DNA of 64,000 nucleotides from Candidatus Bathyarchaeota archaeon (GCA_963771885.1 CAVYVF010000023.1:192001-256000); one strand, 5' to 3'. Numbered from the stretch's first letter, positions 36,141 through 46,318 are shown. Notes: a model not told the origin generated them from the letters alone. Numbers and translations are program-made.

Positions 36141-36881
36141 CTAGACGACCCCCTGGTATCGGAGGAAGACGCTCTCGAAGTCCTCCCCCTCATCAGCGTT
36201 GACCTGCCTGCGCAGCTCGTCAATGGTGCCTATGCCGGCTATCATCCCCTGCTTCATGATCGCGACCCGGTCGCAGAGCTTGTTGACCTCGTAGAGGACA
36301 TGTGTCGTGAAGATGACGGTCTTGCCGTCCCGCTTGGAGAGGTTTCTAATCAGCTCGCGTAGGTCCCGTGTACCCTCGGGGTCGATACCCTGCGTGGGCT
36401 CGTCTAGAATGAGTATTTTAGGATCCCTAACGAGTGACTGGGCGATGCCGAGCCTCTGCCTCATTCCACGGGAGTAGGCAGCAACCTTTACTGCCCTCTT
36501 GCTACCGAGGCCGACCTGGTCAATCAGTTTCTCTATCCTCTCGGAGGCCGTCTTCTCAGGGACATCCGCTAATTCCGCGTAGAACTGGAGGTTCTGGCGC
36601 GCCGTCAGGTTCTCGTAGAAGCCTGCGTTTTCTGGGAGTAGCCCTACGTTCCTCCTGGACTGGAGCGGCTGATCGATTACGTCTACACCGTTAACGACGG
36701 CGGTACCCTCTGTTGGGGCTATGAGCCCGAGGAGCATCAGGATCGTGGTCGTTTTCCCGGCGCCGTTGTGGCCGAGTAGTCCGAATATCTCTCCATCCTC
36801 GACTGCATAGTTCACGTGGTCTACGACGGTTAAGCCGCCGTACTTCTTTGTGAGATTCTTCACCTCTATAACAGGTGCCAA
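36141..36881 (-). CDS. ABC transporter ATP-binding protein
   Basis: GHNGAGKTT, YSRGMRQR, ILDEPT. Confidence 0.93.
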   Translation of the reverse strand: MAPVIEVKNLTKKYGGLTVVDHVNYAVEDGEIFGLLGHNGAGKTTTILMLLGLIAPTEGTAVVNGVDVIDQPLQSRRNVGLLPENAGFYENLTARQNLQFYAELADVPEKTASERIEKLIDQVGLGSKRAVKVAAYSRGMRQRLGIAQSLVRDPKILILDEPTQGIDPEGTRDLRELIRNLSKRDGKTVIFTTHVLYEVNKLCDRVAIMKQGMIAGIGTIDELRRQVNADEGEDFESVFLRYQGVV

Positions 36882-36895
36882 ACATTTACCTCCTA

Positions 36896-36921
36896 AGCCA
36901 TTTAGTAGCTACTACATGGCT
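36896..36921. promoter_or_regulatory. 26-bp inverted repeat AGCCATtTAGTAG-CTACTAcATGGCT; candidate BlaI-family operator
   Basis: Arms match at 12/13 positions, with a perfect 12-bp core TAGTAGCTACTA; lies between the divergent ABC operon and the blaI-like gene. Confidence 0.6.
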
Positions 36922-36986
36922 GTGGGGGAAAGGAATATAAATGTTCTTATAGCCCATAGTAATTACGGAGCCAGATAGTAAGGAAG

Positions 36987-37391
36987 ATGTCTGATGACAA
37001 CTACGCGCCCTCGGGCTACAGGGTCGACGGCAAGGACCTCGAAGCCATCCTCGGGCCACTAGAAGCCGACGTGCTCATCGCCGTCTACGATATGGGCAAG
37101 CCCGTCCGCGTTAGGGAGGTCTACGAAAGGATGAAGGGGGAGCGGAAGATTGCCTACACCACAGTCATGTCTACGATGAACACTCTCTACGAGAAGGGCA
37201 TACTCGACCGGAGGGTGACTGAGGGGAGGGGGGGTCTCCTGTACGTCTACTGGCCGAAGATGACGAGGACGGAGATAGAGCGTTCCGCCGTGAAGCACAT
37301 CATGGACAGCCTCATGAAGAACTTCGGTGAGGCTGTAACGTCTTATCTTGTCGACATGGATAACACGAAGAAGCGTAAAGGCGAGGCCTAA
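36987..37391 (+). CDS. BlaI/MecI/CopY family transcriptional repressor
   Basis: LGPLEADVL, IAYTTVMSTMNTLYEKGIL.R, YVYWP. Confidence 0.9.
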   Translation: MSDDNYAPSGYRVDGKDLEAILGPLEADVLIAVYDMGKPVRVREVYERMKGERKIAYTTVMSTMNTLYEKGILDRRVTEGRGGLLYVYWPKMTRTEIERSAVKHIMDSLMKNFGEAVTSYLVDMDNTKKRKGEA

Positions 37392-37403
37392 GGGGGGGCT
37401 GGT

Positions 37404-38699
37404 ATGTGGGAGAATGATTTTGTGATGCAGCTCTTTACTGCGCCGTTCCCGCAGATGCTGCTCGTCTCCACCGCGACGCTAGTTATAAGTTACGTCCTCC
37501 TAACCCTGACACAGATCAGAGACCCAAAGATCAGGGGCTTCTTCCACGGCCTCACACTGATAGCCCCGATAATCGTCTACATGTTTTACACGCCCTCGGT
37601 CTGGTTGATGGGACCGATGATACAACACGGCTACACGGACGGGGGATCTTTCATCATCTCGCAGGTCAGCCCCGCTGTGGGGGGAGCGATCGTGGGCTAC
37701 GCGGGTATTCCACCCGCCTTCTCCACCGTGTTTATGGCGGAGGAGGCTGCGCGCCTCAGCTATACCGGCCTTCTATGCGTAATCGGGCTCGTGTTTGGGA
37801 CGGCGACGCTCGCGTTATCGTACATCTTCGGAGTCAGGATAGTCAAGAGGTGTCAAGGCGTAATCGATGTCACCCCCGAAGATGAACCGAGGCTATACAA
37901 GTCAGTAGACAAGCTGGCACAGAGGGTAGGTGTCCCCGTGCCTAAGATTGGGTTAACGGAGAGTCTTCAGCCAAACGCCTTCACAATAGGGTACGGTAAG
38001 AGCGCCATGATCGTCTTTTCGAGCGGACTCATAACAGCACTAAACCAGGTCGAACTTGAGGCCGTCGTAGCCCACGAGCTCGCCCACATCAAGAACAGGG
38101 ATTTTCACCTCATGGCCCTCGTCTCGTCGCTAAGAGTCGTCTCCTTCTTCAACCCAGCCGCCTACCTATCAGCGTCGATGTTTGCGAGGGAGAGGGAGTA
38201 CCTCGCCGACGACGTGGGCTCCAAGGCGACGGGGAGGAGGAGCACGCTCAAGAGGGCGCTGATCAAGATCGCATCAATCCCGGCTCCGAAGCGCCGAGCC
38301 CACATCCCCGAGCTGGTCTCAGGGCTGTTCATCTACTCGCAGATAGGCTCCCTGAAGGCGGCCTTCACGTCACACCCGTCGCTCGACATGCGCCTAGACC
38401 GCATAGGCAGCGGCCGGTCGGGTTCCGTAGGGGACGTTTACAAGGCGCTGCTCGTAGCCCTCCTACTCATTGGCTCGATGGCGCTGCTTAGCTCCTACAT
38501 CATGCAGCCGATTCGCCTCTTCGACACTTTCCTGAGGCTCGGTCCAGCAGTCAGGGTGCCAATGAGTGGCGTGATGTTCTCCCGCGGGCCATGGATCGAT
38601 GGCGTGAACACGTTCACTTTCTCATTCGAGAACGTCAGAGAAGTCGCCGTCCGGGAACTGCCGGATGTGTTGGCCCTTAGCAAGCTAAGGGTACATTAG
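37404..38699 (+). CDS. Membrane zinc metalloprotease (M48/M56, BlaR1-like partner)
   Basis: Several TM helices, PNAF, HELAHIK, REREYLAD, SHPS...R. Confidence 0.8.
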   Translation: MWENDFVMQLFTAPFPQMLLVSTATLVISYVLLTLTQIRDPKIRGFFHGLTLIAPIIVYMFYTPSVWLMGPMIQHGYTDGGSFIISQVSPAVGGAIVGYAGIPPAFSTVFMAEEAARLSYTGLLCVIGLVFGTATLALSYIFGVRIVKRCQGVIDVTPEDEPRLYKSVDKLAQRVGVPVPKIGLTESLQPNAFTIGYGKSAMIVFSSGLITALNQVELEAVVAHELAHIKNRDFHLMALVSSLRVVSFFNPAAYLSASMFAREREYLADDVGSKATGRRSTLKRALIKIASIPAPKRRAHIPELVSGLFIYSQIGSLKAAFTSHPSLDMRLDRIGSGRSGSVGDVYKALLVALLLIGSMALLSSYIMQPIRLFDTFLRLGPAVRVPMSGVMFSRGPWIDGVNTFTFSFENVREVAVRELPDVLALSKLRVH

Positions 38700-38704
38700 A
38701 GTCA

Positions 38705-39547
38705 CTAGACGGGGGCGAACTTTTGTATACGCTGCCCTTGCAGTACTTCCCCCACGTAAAGTGCGCCATGGCTGTCCTTCCAGAGGCAGTGTGGGGCTAC
38801 GAACTGGCCTGAGGCGGAGCTCTCCTCGCCTCCAATCCTCGCTAAGGCCTCGCCTCGCTTGTTCATGATGCTCACCCTGTGGGTTAGCTCCGCAATGTAG
38901 ACGCGGCCACGCTTGTCGAAGTATATGTCGCAGGGGCGTAGGAGGTTGTCCCACTCCTCGACGTATGCGCCATCGAGGGTGAATATCTGGACCCTATTAT
39001 TCTGGCGATCGGCGACGTAGACTTTCTTTTCGTCGACCCATACGCCGTGGGGGAGGTTGAATTGACCCGGGCCAATGCCAGGCCCGCCCCAGCTCTGAAT
39101 GAGCTCACCCTCGGCTGTGAAGCGGTGGACGCTGCTGTTACCATAGCCGTCGGTGACGTAGAGGTCGCCGTTCGAGGCCTGCGCGAGGTCGGTGGGCTTG
39201 TTGAAGGGCTTGCCGGGTGGCGCAGGCCTGTTCTTCTCACCCAGCGTGAGTACGAGCTCCCCGTCCTTAGCGTACTTGCGGACGGTGTGGTCGGCGCTAT
39301 CGACGCAGTAGAAGTTGTCTTCCCCGTCTATGTAGGCGCCGTGGGCGTTTGAGAAGGTGCCCTCGCCCCAACTCTCGATGAACTCCCCCTCGCGGGTGAA
39401 GACTATGATGGGGTGTTCACCCCTGCAGAGTATGAGGACTCGGTCCTTGGAGTCGACGGCGACGCCAGCGACCTGCGTGTAGACCCAGCCCTTGGGGAGC
39501 CTTCCCCAGCCCTTTACGACCTCGTACTCTAGACCCTGCCTTATCAT
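38705..39547 (-). CDS. NHL-repeat beta-propeller (peptidyl-alpha-hydroxyglycine lyase-like)
   Basis: FNKPTD, YVTDGYGNS, GQFNLPHG, YVADRQNNRVQIF. Confidence 0.85.
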   Translation of the reverse strand: MIRQGLEYEVVKGWGRLPKGWVYTQVAGVAVDSKDRVLILCRGEHPIIVFTREGEFIESWGEGTFSNAHGAYIDGEDNFYCVDSADHTVRKYAKDGELVLTLGEKNRPAPPGKPFNKPTDLAQASNGDLYVTDGYGNSSVHRFTAEGELIQSWGGPGIGPGQFNLPHGVWVDEKKVYVADRQNNRVQIFTLDGAYVEEWDNLLRPCDIYFDKRGRVYIAELTHRVSIMNKRGEALARIGGEESSASGQFVAPHCLWKDSHGALYVGEVLQGQRIQKFAPV

Positions 39548-39582
39548 CCCGACTCAGATTCAGGTCGGCGTCAGCGTACTTA

Positions 39583-40491
39583 TCACTTGAGGCGGACGAG
39601 CTCAGCCTCCGCGAGTAGGTGGACGCCTGCAGACCACTCACCCGTCGCATGTATCTCCCTGAAAACCCTCTCGGCCTTCTTCGGCTCGTCACGTGTCAGG
39701 TAGAGGTTGCCCACGGCGTGGGCCCGCGTCAATAAGCGTACGCCGCCCTCTGACCGCGCCCTCTCCAGCAGCGCCTCCGGCATCTCGACGCCCTTGTACA
39801 TGAGAAGAGTCTCATAATAGTCGCCGACCTCGACGAGCTTCTCTTCGGATTTTATCCCTTCGAGGAGCTTGGCGGCCTCACCCCAGCGCTTGAGGCGTAT
39901 TAGGGGCATGTATAGCCAGTGAGTGGTCGCGACTGTGCTTTCGCGGACGTCACAGACATCCAGGCAGCGGCGATACGCATCGACGGCGCCCTCAAGGTCA
40001 CCAGCGGCGAACCTCGCGAAGCCGAGGTGGTAGTAGACGTTCCAGTGGAAGCTGCTGAAGCCCAGCTTATCGCTGCTCGGGCCGCCGCTGGCGTAGACCT
40101 CGGGCTCGTCTGGTCTACCCTTAATCAGCTCTGATGCCATTTCGAGGTCGGCGACGGCGAGGTCGAGGCGGCGGAGGAGAGCGAAGCGGTGTCCTCTGAA
40201 TCGGGGGAACCTTGGATCCTCGGGCCAGCGCTTAATCCCCTCCGTGTAGGCGGCGCAGGCCTCGTTGAAGTTGCCGACTATCTCCGTCCGGCGCGCATAC
40301 CATAGGAGCTTCTCAGGATCATCAGGATCCACTCGCCATTCGTCGGCCGCCTTTTCGCGACTCTCCGTGAGGTCTTGAAGTTTGGACTCATACTCCTCCG
40401 GGTTTTTGGGCAGCCATAACTTGATCGGGGTCGGGTAGAGGGGCTCACCTAGGAGGCTATACGTCTCTGGGAGACGGAGAGATTTCGACAC
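39583..40491 (-). CDS. TPR-repeat protein
   Basis: Helical repeats, YYHLGFARFAAGDLEGAVDAY. Confidence 0.7.
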   Translation of the reverse strand: MSKSLRLPETYSLLGEPLYPTPIKLWLPKNPEEYESKLQDLTESREKAADEWRVDPDDPEKLLWYARRTEIVGNFNEACAAYTEGIKRWPEDPRFPRFRGHRFALLRRLDLAVADLEMASELIKGRPDEPEVYASGGPSSDKLGFSSFHWNVYYHLGFARFAAGDLEGAVDAYRRCLDVCDVRESTVATTHWLYMPLIRLKRWGEAAKLLEGIKSEEKLVEVGDYYETLLMYKGVEMPEALLERARSEGGVRLLTRAHAVGNLYLTRDEPKKAERVFREIHATGEWSAGVHLLAEAELVRLK

Positions 40492-40733
40492 GAGTTTATC
40501 ATACTAGGGAGAGTCTTAACATCTTCGCGCGATTGATCTTATAACAAATTAAGCCATTTTGCATAAATAAAATTTCATCTGTAATTAGTTCGTTGCAGTA
40601 GCGCGTGAAGAACGTGCACATGCATCTCTGGTGGCATCTTCCGCTGTGCTGGTTACATCCATTTTTGCCTTGTGTGCGAGCGCTATATGGAAGAATATTT
40701 ACCTATGGTTGATTCTTGGATTATTGATGGGAA

Positions 40734-40823
40734 ATGGCTGTGGCACCGGTTGAGAATAAGAAGGTGAGAAAGCCGAAGAAGTATCTCGAGAAACTGATTA
40801 ATAAGAAGGGGCTGAAGCGTTAA
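40734..40823 (+). CDS. Possible 29-aa basic small protein MAVAPVENKKVRKPKKYLEKLINKKGLKR
   Basis: ATG...TAA in an otherwise empty AT-rich intergenic region, with a purine-rich stretch upstream. Confidence 0.3.
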   Translation: MAVAPVENKKVRKPKKYLEKLINKKGLKR

Positions 40824-40960
40824 TCTAGTTTAGCACCATCTACCTGTTCTTGGCAAACTCCGTAAGATAAATGACGTGAGTAGTTTACACTGAGAAAGCT
40901 TTTGAGGTTAGGCTTCGCACGCGCAAGGCTTGAAAAGGGGCTGCTGGTGGAGATTGGTGT

Positions 40961-41578
40961 ATGCCTATCATTCTCGTGCGTCATGGTGAGTCGGAGGGTA
41001 ACATCGGTGAAATGACGGGGGGCTGGACGGACACTCCGCTGACGGCGCTCGGGCTCAGACAGGCTGAGGCAGTGGCTCGCAGGCTCGAGGCTGAGCTTGG
41101 TGGTCAACCCTGCAGGTTGGTCTCAAGTGACCTGAGGAGGGCGATGCAGACCGCTGAGGCCATCGGCGAGGCTTTGGGCGTGAAGCCTTCACCCGAGCCG
41201 GGCCTAAGGGAGATCTACAACGGCGAGGCGACGGGCAAAACGAAGACAGAGGCGAAGGCCATCTACACGCCGCCGACGAGGCCACTGATCGAGTGGGTTG
41301 CGTACCCCGGCGCGGAGAACTGGCTGCAGCTAAACAGGCGCGTATCGTCGACGATGGACAGGCTCTATAAGGACCCCGTGGAGAACCTTGTGCTAGTCGC
41401 CCACGGCGGTAGCCTCCACCACGTGCTGTTCTGGTGGCTCAGACTCCCATCGACCATAATCGACGATATTAACTTCAGGCTAGACAACGCGTGCCTCTCA
41501 CGGCTCTCAATCTCACCCCTGGAGCAGAGGCTCGTTGAGAAGCTCAACGATACTAGCCACCTCGAGGGCCTCGGTTAA
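40961..41578 (+). CDS. Histidine phosphatase family protein
   Basis: LVRHGES, SSDLRRAMQTA, LRE, VAHGG. Confidence 0.92.
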   Translation: MPIILVRHGESEGNIGEMTGGWTDTPLTALGLRQAEAVARRLEAELGGQPCRLVSSDLRRAMQTAEAIGEALGVKPSPEPGLREIYNGEATGKTKTEAKAIYTPPTRPLIEWVAYPGAENWLQLNRRVSSTMDRLYKDPVENLVLVAHGGSLHHVLFWWLRLPSTIIDDINFRLDNACLSRLSISPLEQRLVEKLNDTSHLEGLG

Positions 41579-42819
41579 TCCGCCTTCGTCTTGGGTTCCT
41601 TCACGAAGATGGTGAAGACTAGGAAGGCGGCGAGGCCGGAGCATGCGGCGACGTAGAAGGGCGTCTCGGGCGATACGTTGTCGTAAAGGTAGCCGCCGAG
41701 TGTGCTGCCGGGTAGGCTCAAAAGCCCCGCCATGGTGCCTATGAGGCCCATGACCATTCCGCGCTGGCCAGCAGGTACCATGTCGGCGACGAGTGCGAGC
41801 CAAGCGGAGCCGCCCTCTATGCCGGTGACAGCGCCGCCGAATCCCTCGCTTACGCCGCCGAGGAATCGGGCACCCATGAGACCCATGAAGCCTCCCGCTA
41901 TTGTGAAGCCGAAGAACTGGGCGGGGAGGAGACCGAGGCTTGCCATGATCCCCGGCTTGCGTCCCATCCGGTCGCTGATTATGCTCCCGGGTATGGTTAG
42001 TGCTGTGGAGACGAGCATGACCATCGTGGTGACTATGCCCCACTGTGTGTTCGTGAGGCGTAGCTCCTCAGTCGCGTAGATGGCCATGAAGTTGTTGGCG
42101 AGGCGGAAGGCGAATGCGCTGAAGGCTGCGACGACTATGAGGTACCAGATGCTCTTCGGGACCTTGCCCATGTTTCTTAGGGCGTCTATTGGGCTGTGGC
42201 GTTGTGTGCTGACGACTTTCATCGGGTCATAGGTGTCGGTGAGGTACTTCCACCGTATGAAGACGTTGATCCAGGTGGCGGCGAGGGTGAGGGCGATGGT
42301 GAGTCGTACGCCGGGTATTATCCCGACCCAATCCATGATGACGCCCCCGATGAAGGCGGTGAATATCTGCGGGAGGAGGGTCATCATCCTGAAGGCGCCG
42401 AAGCCTAATCCGCGGTTCTCCTTGGTCACGCTCTCCGCGATCAGTGCGTCTATGGCGGGTATCATCATGTTCGACGCCTGCGTGAAGAACATGCCGACGA
42501 CGACCCACTCCCAGCTCCCCGTGAGAAGGTAGATCACCGGGCTTACACCTCTGCATATGGAGCCTAGGACGATCACCTTCTTTCGCCCGAGGCGGTCGGT
42601 GAGGTAGCCGCCGGGTAACTGGAAGATGAGTTGGAAGATCATCTCTGACATGAAGATTACGCCGAGGAGGGTGACGGATGCGCCTAGGTGTTGAATGTAG
42701 AGGCTCCAGTAGGGCCACCAGAGACTCGCGGTGAGCATGAAGAGGCTCTGTGTGAGTGTGATGACCATTAGGTTGCGGTTGCTGAACGCCTGTTTCATAG
42801 AGGAGAAGATGGCGGTCAT
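41575..42819 (-). CDS. MFS transporter
   Basis: GGYLTDRLGRKK and SDRMGRK motifs; about 12 TM helices. Confidence 0.9.
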   Translation of the reverse strand: MTAIFSSMKQAFSNRNLMVITLTQSLFMLTASLWWPYWSLYIQHLGASVTLLGVIFMSEMIFQLIFQLPGGYLTDRLGRKKVIVLGSICRGVSPVIYLLTGSWEWVVVGMFFTQASNMMIPAIDALIAESVTKENRGLGFGAFRMMTLLPQIFTAFIGGVIMDWVGIIPGVRLTIALTLAATWINVFIRWKYLTDTYDPMKVVSTQRHSPIDALRNMGKVPKSIWYLIVVAAFSAFAFRLANNFMAIYATEELRLTNTQWGIVTTMVMLVSTALTIPGSIISDRMGRKPGIMASLGLLPAQFFGFTIAGGFMGLMGARFLGGVSEGFGGAVTGIEGGSAWLALVADMVPAGQRGMVMGLIGTMAGLLSLPGSTLGGYLYDNVSPETPFYVAACSGLAAFLVFTIFVKEPKTKAD

Positions 42820-42885
42820 TAGGGGTCAGGGGTCGTTGCCTATCGTGGCGCCTGCCCCGCTATAAGAAGGGTTCCCCGGCACATG

Positions 42886-44013
42886 CTAGGGGTTGTCGAC
42901 GCGGCAGCGTAACATAGCTTTGCCGAAGACCGCCTCGGTCTCGCAGGCGTCGCAGCGGAGGCAGGACGCCTCCTCCTGTCCGGCCTTGAGGTTGTTCACG
43001 AGGTCGGGCTCCCTGATGAGGGGGCGGCTCATGCTGATCAAGTCGGCTATCCCCCTATCGACTACGGCCTGCATGGCAGCTTTTGTGCGGAAGCCGTTAA
43101 CGAGGGCGAGGGGCTTGGGCCTAGTCGTTGCGCGTATCTTCTCACAGTGGCCGCCGAAATTCGGCTCACCTAGGGCGGGGTCGCTGTGCCTCGCCCTCTC
43201 GCGGTACTTGTCCTCGCGGCCGATGCCTCCGCCGCTAACCTCTATCATGCCGATGCCAAGTGAGGCGAGGGCGTGGCAGACCTGTGCCGAGTCCTCGACT
43301 GTGAAGCCGTCCTCGCTGAAATCGTCGCCATTGATCTTCATCGATATGACGGCGTCGGGGCCGAGGCGGCCGCGTATGTCGAGGTAGACCTCCCTGAGCA
43401 GCCTCATCCTGTTCCTGAGCTCACCACCCCACTCGTCTGTCCGCCTGTTGGCGTATTTGCTGAGGAACTCGCTCACGAGGTAGCCGTGGGCGGCGTGTAT
43501 CTGGACGCCGTCAAAGCCCGCCTTAATGGCGCGCTCCGCGGCTGCGCCGAACTTATCGACGACATCCCAAATCTCGCTGGTTGTCATGGCGCGCGACTTC
43601 CAGCCCTCGCCATTGAATTCGCTGGGGCCCATCCGCTCGCCGGCGCTTGCCTGGTAGCCGCCGAAGTTGATCTGGGCGATGATGGCTCCGCCGCGCCTGT
43701 GTACGGCGTCGGTTAGCTCGGTCAGCCTTGGGACGACGGCGTCGTCGTGTATACCCGCCATGCCCTCATGAGCCTTGCCGCGGGGGTCGACGTACATGTG
43801 CCCCTTTATGATGAGGCCGACGCCCCCCTCGGCGAGCTGCTCGTAGTAGCGTATCATTTCGTCCCTGATTATTCCGTTCTCGTCGCTCCAGGCGGAGGTG
43901 GTTGCGCTCCTTACGAAGCGGTTCCTGATCTCCAGCTCGCCTATCCTGTAGGGTTTGAAGAGGTCGACCATGGAGGAGGCTGGTGCCCGGGGGTTTTTGA
44001 AGGCATCGGACAC
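42886..44013 (-). CDS. NADH:flavin oxidoreductase (Old Yellow Enzyme family)
   Basis: NRFVRSAT, AGFDGVQIHAAHGYL, NRRTDEWGG, SRPLIREPDL. Confidence 0.92.
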   Translation of the reverse strand: MSDAFKNPRAPASSMVDLFKPYRIGELEIRNRFVRSATTSAWSDENGIIRDEMIRYYEQLAEGGVGLIIKGHMYVDPRGKAHEGMAGIHDDAVVPRLTELTDAVHRRGGAIIAQINFGGYQASAGERMGPSEFNGEGWKSRAMTTSEIWDVVDKFGAAAERAIKAGFDGVQIHAAHGYLVSEFLSKYANRRTDEWGGELRNRMRLLREVYLDIRGRLGPDAVISMKINGDDFSEDGFTVEDSAQVCHALASLGIGMIEVSGGGIGREDKYRERARHSDPALGEPNFGGHCEKIRATTRPKPLALVNGFRTKAAMQAVVDRGIADLISMSRPLIREPDLVNNLKAGQEEASCLRCDACETEAVFGKAMLRCRVDNP

Positions 44014-44034
44014 GGGCTCAAATGCTGGTGTCCG

Positions 44035-45399
44035 TTACTCGGCACTCCAGTTGGTCACACGCGTGTCGGGGTAGTAGTTCCCCGCTAAGGCGCTCACACT
44101 TGGGGCTGTGGTGCCCGGGGCGTAGTACCAGATGTCGTACGTCGGCGGCGCCCGGTCTCCATACTCATCCAATCTGCACCAACCGGTCACCCCATAATGG
44201 TTCTCGCAAACGCTGGGTAGGGCTGCCGCGACACGAGTCGCGTCGTCGGAGCCCGTCTCTAGTATCGTTTTGGCGAGCACCCAAGCGGCGTCGTAGAGGT
44301 ATGCCCTATGTATGGAGAAGTCCTTTCCTGTGGCCTCCTCGTACCGCGCCTTCAAGTCGTTGTACCTCGTGGAGTTAGGCGTCTGGGCGAGCAAGCTGTA
44401 GAGCTTGAGGTGATTTGCCTCGATTGGGGCGTTAGCCGTTATGTTTGCTGAACGAGCAGTACCATCCGCCCCGAACCACGTCAGGTTGTATAGTATCTCG
44501 CACTGGCTCACCGCTTTTAGTATCTGGGAGGCCTCGTCGAATGCGAGGAGGAGCACGCCGACCTTGCTCGTGTCCCCTCCCATGCGGGCTATCGCCTCCT
44601 CGCCGAGTGTCCTCGCCGCCATCAGGGAGGGGCAGAAATCGGTCGTCTCAGCGGGGTACCTGACGATCTCGCTGACGGCCCCCCCGTTCGCTATGAATGT
44701 GGGTTTGAAGAGGTTGATTATACCGTCTCCCCACGAGTCGCCGCGCTGGATGACTACGACCTCCCTGATCCCGTAGTCCCAGAGGACATCGGCGAGAGTC
44801 GGTGGTAGGGCGGTGTCGGCTGGGCACATGCGGAAGAAGCTGTCGCGGGCGATCGCGAGGGTAGGGCTCGTCGAGCTAGGACTCATCATGAGCATCTTGT
44901 TCGCGTTGGCGTAGCTCAGTGTGGCACAGCCCTGAGACGACCAGCCAGCACCGATGAAAATGCTCACACCTTCGCTGCGGAGCTGCTGGACATGCTCGAG
45001 GTGCTTTTGCGCCTGCCCCTGCGCGTCTAAAATAATGAACTCGAAGCCCACGTCAAGGCCGAGACCCGACGCGTAGGCGTTGATGTCGGGTTGGACAACC
45101 TGCTCCATGAAGGCCTTCGTCGCGGAATAGGTCGTCGTGTCAGATGCGATGTAGCCGATCTTCACGGTTTTTCCGGCTATTCTCGACACCGATTTCCTCA
45201 AAGCGTCGTTCTCAGCGGTTATGTTTGCGTTCGTCTCCATCAGCGTCTGTATCTCGGAGACCATCCTCTCCTGGTCGGGGTTCGTCGACTGTACCGAGTC
45301 GGCGTATCCCCTCAGATAGCCTACATACGTTCCTCCGGCTAAGGAGGAAACCACGAGTACAGCTATGATAGCCGTCATCAGCGTCTTTGAAAGGGCCAT
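44035..45399 (-). CDS. Type I periplasmic-binding (Leu/Ile/Val-like) substrate-binding protein, with no adjacent permease
   Basis: N-terminal TM plus coiled coil, SPSSTSP.L, FFRMCPAD, YDAAWVLA, GVTG...LDEYGDR. Confidence 0.85.
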   Translation of the reverse strand: MALSKTLMTAIIAVLVVSSLAGGTYVGYLRGYADSVQSTNPDQERMVSEIQTLMETNANITAENDALRKSVSRIAGKTVKIGYIASDTTTYSATKAFMEQVVQPDINAYASGLGLDVGFEFIILDAQGQAQKHLEHVQQLRSEGVSIFIGAGWSSQGCATLSYANANKMLMMSPSSTSPTLAIARDSFFRMCPADTALPPTLADVLWDYGIREVVVIQRGDSWGDGIINLFKPTFIANGGAVSEIVRYPAETTDFCPSLMAARTLGEEAIARMGGDTSKVGVLLLAFDEASQILKAVSQCEILYNLTWFGADGTARSANITANAPIEANHLKLYSLLAQTPNSTRYNDLKARYEEATGKDFSIHRAYLYDAAWVLAKTILETGSDDATRVAAALPSVCENHYGVTGWCRLDEYGDRAPPTYDIWYYAPGTTAPSVSALAGNYYPDTRVTNWSAE

Positions 45400-45565
45400 T
45401 ATCTAACTCAGTACTCCCGTTTCGAACCTCTCTCCGGATAGTTTTAACCATTTTTGAAAAGAAAACTTTACAACACATTCTTGAAATAAGTTTACAACGC
45501 CTGATCGTAGTCCAGGCGCCAATCTTTTCACCCGAGACTCGACAATGTATGTGAGGTAGGTTAGG

Positions 45566-46268
45566 GTGGTCGACGAGGAGAGGCGCCGCAGGATAATCAA
45601 GGCGCTCAACCACGACTTCAGGAAGAGGATACTGGGGAGAGTCACCGCTGGGAAGGTGACTTATACCGAGCTTCTGAAGTCGACCGGCGTCGAGTCCGGC
45701 TACCTCGCCTACCACCTCAGGATGATGGGTGACTTGATCGAGAAGGGGGAGGACGGGTACACCCTGACGCCCCTCGGTGTGGAGGCGCACTCGATGCTCC
45801 ACGGCAACGTGGAGAAGCCCAAGCAACCCATCACCCTGCCAAGGCTTGTGGCGGTGGTCCTCCTAGTAGTCATACTCGCTTCAGCGATAGGCTACGCATA
45901 CTCGGTAAACGAGAGGGAATCGGTCGAAGGCAGGAGGATGGCGAACAGACAGGTGCTCCTCAACCACACGTCAGCAATGATGGAGGTCATAGTGAACGCC
46001 TTCGAGTACGTCGACGTCCCCCGCTCCGTCTGGACGAACATACTAATACACTCGACCCTGCTCCAGAAGGACCTCGAAGCTATGCGAGATGATGGCGACC
46101 CCCTGACGCCGACCCAAATGATGCCCAAGATCGACGATGTTGGTCAAAGAAGCGAAGAACACTCTAAGTGGCTCCGATGCAGAGTACCTAGCCCTGAGCC
46201 GCGAGAGCCGGCTTCTCCTAAGGGATCTCTACGGGGAGCTGTTCGATCTCAAGAAGAGTCTCCGGTAG
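45566..46268 (+). CDS. Membrane-anchored winged-helix (ArsR-like) regulator; C-terminal frameshift near 46138
   Basis: KALNHDFRKRIL, TYTELL, LAYHLR, YTLTPLG, central TM. The shifted frame continues LVKEAKNTL...DLKKSLR* to 46268. Confidence 0.7.
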
Positions 46269-46318
46269 CTGTGTTGTAGATGGTCTTTTACCTACATTCG
46301 CCGTGATTCTCTATCGGT

